A stretch of 19,926 nucleotides of DNA from Sulfurimonadaceae bacterium (lineage in GTDB: Bacteria > Campylobacterota > Campylobacteria > Campylobacterales > Sulfurimonadaceae): NCBI GenBank assembly GCA_041562555.1, contig JBFEXS010000031.1:1-19926 (forward strand), written 5' to 3'. The position numbers were made by a program, and so were the translations under genes. Position 1 is the stretch's first letter. Every line of letters begins with the position of its first letter. The notes beneath the pieces were generated by a model. That model had not been told where the DNA came from. It saw only the letters and a program-made list of their open reading frames with translations, and did not search any database. Positions 15,506 through 19,926 of the stretch are shown one piece after another.

Positions 15506-17509
15506 ATGTTCAGATCAAAACTCGATGCCAGGATTCAAGAAGCACGTCTTGATACCCTTGTGCAGAACTTACCATCTTCATTGTTCAGTACAATAGCCGT
15601 AAGTCTATTCCTGTGCTATCTTGTCATAGACTATGTAAACACTGCCTATGCGATTATCTGGATAGGTGCGATTCTTGTTCTCTCCACATTGCGCAGCTTC
15701 CATTTTTACAAGGTTAAGAACTCTGATCTGACACTTATTGAACATGAGAAGCTTATCCTGCTGGGCATCTTCTTATCCGGTCTTTTTTTTGGATCAAGTG
15801 CTCTGATCATCTTTCCCCATGATGACCTAGCGACACAGGCACTCAGTTTCTTCTTACTGGCATCGATGATTGCCGGATCAGTGGCTGTCTATTCTACTCA
15901 TGTACCTGCTTTTCTTCTCTATTCCCTGCCCATTATCACCGCTTTCTTGTATCGGGCATCTACCCTTCCTGACCTCCTGGTATTCTTAGTACTCGTAGGT
16001 GTCGTCTATTATGCAGTCATGACCGCGAGTCTTCTACGGGTAAACCGTTCGATTTTACAGTCACTTAAGACCCAGTATCTCAACCATGACCTTGCGGATA
16101 ACCTCAGTCATGCCAAAGAGGAGTTAGAACGTTTCAACGAGGAGTTGAAGATTGAGAACAGTGTCCGTGAAGAGACAGAAAAACGGCTCTATCAACTGGC
16201 GAATTTTGATCCCTTGACCGGTCTTTCCAACCGACATATGTTTAAAGAGGATCTAAAACGTGCCATTAAATCTGCCTATGAGAAGAATACGTCGATGGCA
16301 CTTCTGTTTTTAGACCTGGATAATTTTAAGATTATCAATGACACACTGGGACACGCTATGGGAGACAAACTGCTTATCGCGGCCTCATCCCGTCTTAAAA
16401 GTCTCTTGGACATCAACAGTACTATAGCTCGATTGGGCGGAGACGAGTTTGTCATCATCATCAAGCAGATCAAAGACAACGAGACCATCTCCAACCTTGC
16501 AACCAAGATCATTCAGCTTCTGGAAAAGCCCTTTACCTTTAATGAGCATGAGATGTTTATCGGGACAAGTATCGGTATCAGTATCTATCCGCAAGATGCC
16601 AAAGACGAGCACACCCTCCTCTCCTACGCCGATACCGCCATGTATACGGCTAAATCCAAGGGAAAAAACAATTACCAGTTCTTTACTTCGCAGATGCATG
16701 ATGAGATTCTCGAACGTCACGACATCGAGACAAAACTCCACCACGCCATTGAGAACAATGAACTTCGTATCGATTATCAACCTAAGGTCGATATCAATAC
16801 CCAGGAGATCGTAGGAGCGGAAGCCCTTTTACGCTGGGACCAAAAAGAGTTGGGACAGGTGTCCCCCTCAATTTTCATCCCTATTGCTGAAGAGAGCAGT
16901 CTTATCAACGAAATCGGAAAATGGGTCATTACCAAGGTATGTGAAGATGTTGCCCGTCTTCAGCATACCTTTGGGAACAAGCTCTGTATCAGTTTGAACA
17001 TCTCCTCTTCCCAGATCCTGCATCAGAATCTTCCCCAGCTTATCAAAGAACACCTGGAAAAGAACCGAATCAGCAGTTCTTCGATCGAACTGGAGTTTAC
17101 TGAGAACATGCTTATCAAACAAGAGCGCAAGAGCCAAATGGTTCTCAAAGAGCTCGAAGGAATGGGTATCAAACTCTCTATCGATGACTTTGGAACAGGT
17201 TACTCTTCACTCAACTATCTCAAAACCCTTCCTATTCATGCCCTTAAGATCGACAAATCATTTATAACTGACACCCCGAATTGTGAGGGAGACTGTGCGA
17301 TTGCAAAAAGTATTATCTCTTTAGCACACAACCTGGACCTTGATGTCATCGCAGAAGGTGTCGAAACCATTGAGCAGCTTCGATTTCTAAAAAACAACGG
17401 ATGTTCCGTTATACAGGGATTTTATTTCTCAAAACCACTAGATATCAACGCCTTCAGTGCCTATTTAAATTCTCCGCACTCCAAACTCATACCACTGCTC
17501 CTTACGTAG
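15506..17509 (+). CDS. Membrane-bound diguanylate cyclase/phosphodiesterase (about 6 TM, coiled coil, GGDEF, EAL)
   Basis: DPLTGLSNR, DLDNFKIINDTLGH.MGD, RLGGDEF, SIGIS, ADTAMY.AK; YQP, EALLRW, FIP.AEE, IELEFTE, DDFGTGYSS, LKIDKSF, AEGVE, QGFYFSKP. Confidence 0.96.
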   Translation: MFRSKLDARIQEARLDTLVQNLPSSLFSTIAVSLFLCYLVIDYVNTAYAIIWIGAILVLSTLRSFHFYKVKNSDLTLIEHEKLILLGIFLSGLFFGSSALIIFPHDDLATQALSFFLLASMIAGSVAVYSTHVPAFLLYSLPIITAFLYRASTLPDLLVFLVLVGVVYYAVMTASLLRVNRSILQSLKTQYLNHDLADNLSHAKEELERFNEELKIENSVREETEKRLYQLANFDPLTGLSNRHMFKEDLKRAIKSAYEKNTSMALLFLDLDNFKIINDTLGHAMGDKLLIAASSRLKSLLDINSTIARLGGDEFVIIIKQIKDNETISNLATKIIQLLEKPFTFNEHEMFIGTSIGISIYPQDAKDEHTLLSYADTAMYTAKSKGKNNYQFFTSQMHDEILERHDIETKLHHAIENNELRIDYQPKVDINTQEIVGAEALLRWDQKELGQVSPSIFIPIAEESSLINEIGKWVITKVCEDVARLQHTFGNKLCISLNISSSQILHQNLPQLIKEHLEKNRISSSSIELEFTENMLIKQERKSQMVLKELEGMGIKLSIDDFGTGYSSLNYLKTLPIHALKIDKSFITDTPNCEGDCAIAKSIISLAHNLDLDVIAEGVETIEQLRFLKNNGCSVIQGFYFSKPLDINAFSAYLNSPHSKLIPLLLT

Positions 17510-17553
17510 GTATAACGGCCATCAATCCCCTATTTTTGATTTTAAAGCATCTA

Positions 17554-17573
17554 TGGTATATTTTCGCAAAGGA
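17554..17573 (+). promoter_or_regulatory. Extended -10 (TGGTATATT) and SD (AAGGA) for yjcH-actP
   Basis: TGGTATATT at 17554-17562; AAGGA at 17569-17573; ATG at 17579. Confidence 0.55.
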
Positions 17574-17578
17574 TTTAT

Positions 17579-17899
17579 ATGTATGCAGATATTTATGACA
17601 AGATTAAGGCCGATAGTGAGTTCCAGCTCTTAGTCAAGCAACGCAAACGCTTTTCGCTTTTACTTACAGCTATCGTTCTTGTCGTCTATTTTAGTTTTAT
17701 TTTGACCCTGGCTTATGCACCGGAGGTCTTTGCGACACCTCTTTATAAAGGAAGCGTAACGACGCTTGGTATTCCTGTGGGCATTGGTATTATCATCATC
17801 GCTTTCATTCTTACCGGCATTTATGTAAAAAAAGCGAACAAAGACTTCGATGCCATTCTCAACCGCCTCAAAGACGACGTAGGAGTGAAACATGACTAA
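17579..17899 (+). CDS. yjcH: DUF485-family inner-membrane protein (YjcH-like accessory of ActP)
   Basis: [42 protein letters not shown]; overlaps the actP start. Confidence 0.9.
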   Translation: MYADIYDKIKADSEFQLLVKQRKRFSLLLTAIVLVVYFSFILTLAYAPEVFATPLYKGSVTTLGIPVGIGIIIIAFILTGIYVKKANKDFDAILNRLKDDVGVKHD

Positions 17900-19535
17900 A
17901 CTTCTGCTCCTCTTCATAATGCCTGTAGCACTTTTTGCAGAAGCGTTTAACGCTGAAGTGCAAAAGCAGGCCCTAAACCTGCCTGCCATCATAATGTTTG
18001 TCATTTTTGTGGCAGCAACGCTCTTTATCACCTACTGGGCGGCAAAACGCACCGCTACTGCCAAAGATTTTTATACGGCAGGCGGAGGCATTACGGGCTT
18101 TCAAAACGGCCTGGCCATCGCCGGTGACTATATGTCAGCCGCTTCCTTTTTAGGTATTTCTGCCCTGGTATATGCCAATGGATATGATGGACTGATCTAC
18201 TCTATCGGTTTTTTAGTTGGTTGGCCTATTATCCTGTTTATGGTCGCTGAGAAGCTGCGAAACCTCGGAAAGTTCACCTTTGCCGATGTCGCTTCTTACC
18301 GCCTTCGCCAAAAGCCGATCCGAATCCTCGCTTCTTTTGGGGCAATTGCTACCGTCACCCTCTATCTCATCGCTCAGATGGTCGGTTCGGGCAAGCTCAT
18401 CCAGCTTCTCTTTGGACTAAACTATGAGATAGCCGTTGTCTTGGTCGGTGTATTGATGATTTTGTACGTGACCTTTGGCGGAATGCTCGCAACAACCTGG
18501 GTTCAGATCATCAAGGCAGTACTCCTGCTCTCGGGAGCAACATTTATGGCCTTCATGGTCATGAACCAGATGAACTTCTCCTTTGAGACGCTATTTGCAC
18601 AAGCGGTGGATGTACATGAAAAAGCAGAAAGGATAATGGCACCGGGCGGTCTGATCTCTGATCCAGTATCTGCCATTTCCCTGGCCATCGCATTGATGTT
18701 CGGAACTGCCGGGCTCCCCCATATTTTGATGCGTTTTTTCACCGTATCTAATGCCAAAGAAGCACGTAAGTCCGTCTTCTTCGCAACAGGTTTCATCGGT
18801 TATTTTTATATGCTCACCTTTATCATCGGTTTTGGTGCAATCGTCCTGGTCTCTACCAACCCTCTCTATCTTGAGGCTGGAAAGGCACTGATCGGTGGAA
18901 ACAATATGGCCGCTATCCATCTCTCCCATGCTGTCGGTGGAGATCTTTTCCTGGGCTTTATCTCCGCCGTAGCCTTTGCCACTATTCTGGCTGTTGTATC
19001 AGGCCTTACTCTGGCAGGAGCATCTGCGATCTCCCATGACCTTTATGCCAATGTCTTCTCCGATGGAAGTCATGATGAGAAACAGGAGATGCGCGTTTCC
19101 AAGATCGCGACGGTTATATTGGGTATCATCGCTATTTTCCTTGGCATTGCCTTTGAAGAGCAGAACATCGCCTTTATGGTCGGACTTGCCTTTGCTATCG
19201 CCGCCTCTGCGAACTTCCCTATTCTCTTCCTCTCTATCTACTGGTCAAAACTGACTACTCGTGGTGCATTGATCGGGGGAAGTCTTGGTCTCATCACCGC
19301 TGTCGTACTCGTTATCCTAGGTCCGATCGTATGGGTCCAGATCCTGGGTAATGTTCAAGCCCTTTTCCCCTATAAATATCCGGCACTTTTCTCTGTAATC
19401 ACGGCCTTTATCGGTATTTATATCTTCTCAATTACCGATAAAAGTCAATCTGCAGAAGATGAGAAAGCTGCTTTTGAACATCAGTTCATCCGCTCAGAAA
19501 CCGGTATCGGTTCTGAAGGGGCAGCAAAACATTAG
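17892..19535 (+). CDS. actP: Cation/acetate symporter ActP (sodium:solute symporter family)
   Basis: [96 protein letters not shown]. Confidence 0.95.
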   Translation: MTKLLLLFIMPVALFAEAFNAEVQKQALNLPAIIMFVIFVAATLFITYWAAKRTATAKDFYTAGGGITGFQNGLAIAGDYMSAASFLGISALVYANGYDGLIYSIGFLVGWPIILFMVAEKLRNLGKFTFADVASYRLRQKPIRILASFGAIATVTLYLIAQMVGSGKLIQLLFGLNYEIAVVLVGVLMILYVTFGGMLATTWVQIIKAVLLLSGATFMAFMVMNQMNFSFETLFAQAVDVHEKAERIMAPGGLISDPVSAISLAIALMFGTAGLPHILMRFFTVSNAKEARKSVFFATGFIGYFYMLTFIIGFGAIVLVSTNPLYLEAGKALIGGNNMAAIHLSHAVGGDLFLGFISAVAFATILAVVSGLTLAGASAISHDLYANVFSDGSHDEKQEMRVSKIATVILGIIAIFLGIAFEEQNIAFMVGLAFAIAASANFPILFLSIYWSKLTTRGALIGGSLGLITAVVLVILGPIVWVQILGNVQALFPYKYPALFSVITAFIGIYIFSITDKSQSAEDEKAAFEHQFIRSETGIGSEGAAKH

Positions 19536-19600
19536 ACCAGAACTTTCAGAAGTAAAACATACCATAGCGGTTTACCTTCTGGAAGAGGTGTTTCTTTAAC

Positions 19601-19620
19601 GAGAACTCCACAGTTCTCTT
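19601..19620 (+). terminator. Hairpin downstream of actP, possible terminator
   Basis: GAGAACT-CCAC-AGTTCTC is a perfect 7-bp stem, followed by a weak U-tract (TTGCTTCT). Confidence 0.4.
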
Positions 19621-19732
19621 GCTTCTGCACAGCGCCTAAAACCCTTAACCTTCACAACTAGATCAAAAGCTTTTCAGCCTTATCAGCAAGCCAGGCTTAT
19701 ACTGTAGCTATAAGAAAGAAAAAGGAGTGATC

Positions 19733-19858
19733 ATGTCTACTCTATTCGCGAGTATGATACTTTTGGGTCTCATTGTTGCTTTCTCTGTCAGTATGATGGT
19801 AGATGTTGATGAATTTGCAGGAAAGTTCTTTTCTGTTGTGTTCGGCAGCCGTGCTTAG
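19733..19858 (+). CDS. Unannotated 41-aa small membrane protein
   Basis: Manual translation: MSTLFASMILLGLIVAFSVSMMVDVDEFAGKFFSVVFGSRA*. Strong SD AAGGAG at 19722-19727, 5 nt before the ATG; -10-like TATACT at 19698-19703. Confidence 0.6.
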   Translation: MSTLFASMILLGLIVAFSVSMMVDVDEFAGKFFSVVFGSRA

Positions 19859-19867
19859 GGTATTTGC

Positions 19868-19926
19868 TTATCCTGCTATGCCCGACTGTAACTTTTTGAA
19901 AACCTTCTTCTTCGGCGAGAGCCGGA
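19868..19926 (-). CDS. Possible 3' end of a convergent gene entering from outside the window
   Basis: One minus frame reads ...RLSPKKKVFKKLQSGIAG* with TAA at 19870-19868. Too short to verify, and the other frames are also open at the edge. Confidence 0.25.
   Translation of the reverse strand, partial: RLSPKKKVFKKLQSGIAG

Noticed and set aside
1216..19254. Numerous 60-190 aa ORFs overlapping gsp, carB, mreC, clpX, lpxA, fabZ, DUF1538, queH, ppi, GGDEF-EAL and actP
   Set aside because: They are antisense or alternate-frame shadows of well-supported genes, with no recognisable motifs or translation signals.
1..19926. CRISPR arrays, tRNA/rRNA, IS elements, prophage or defence genes
   Set aside because: No regularly spaced repeats, cloverleaf or rRNA signatures, transposase or integrase ORFs were seen; intergenic spaces are short and explained by promoters and terminators.

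Overview
Mostly core-genome DNA from a Campylobacterota (Epsilonproteobacteria) bacterium, probably Sulfurimonas-like. This is inferred from the gene order queH..fabZ-lpxA-clpX-mreB-mreC..carB, the UPF0323 lipoprotein/Gsp-synthase pair and the TGn-TATAAT-type promoters. From left to right: the 5' part of a MutS-family gene (MutS7-like, missed by the ORF track); a stand-alone Aer/CetB-type PAS protein; a minus-strand cluster carB-Sua5/TsaC-like-membrane protein-UPF0323 lipoprotein-glutathionylspermidine-synthase-like ligase; fabZ-lpxA-clpX-mreB-mreC followed by an unannotated 56-aa coiled-coil ORF; a double-DUF1538 membrane protein fused to a PII-like domain; ppi-queH (long form); a membrane GGDEF-EAL protein; yjcH(DUF485)-actP; and an unannotated 41-aa membrane ORF. 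I saw no rRNA, tRNA, CRISPR array or mobile element. The best candidates for undescribed biology are the DUF1538x2-PII fusion (a possible self-regulated transporter), the GG-tailed lipoprotein plus ATP-grasp ligase pair, and the two small ORFs. Family assignments come from motif recognition by eye; no database search was run.
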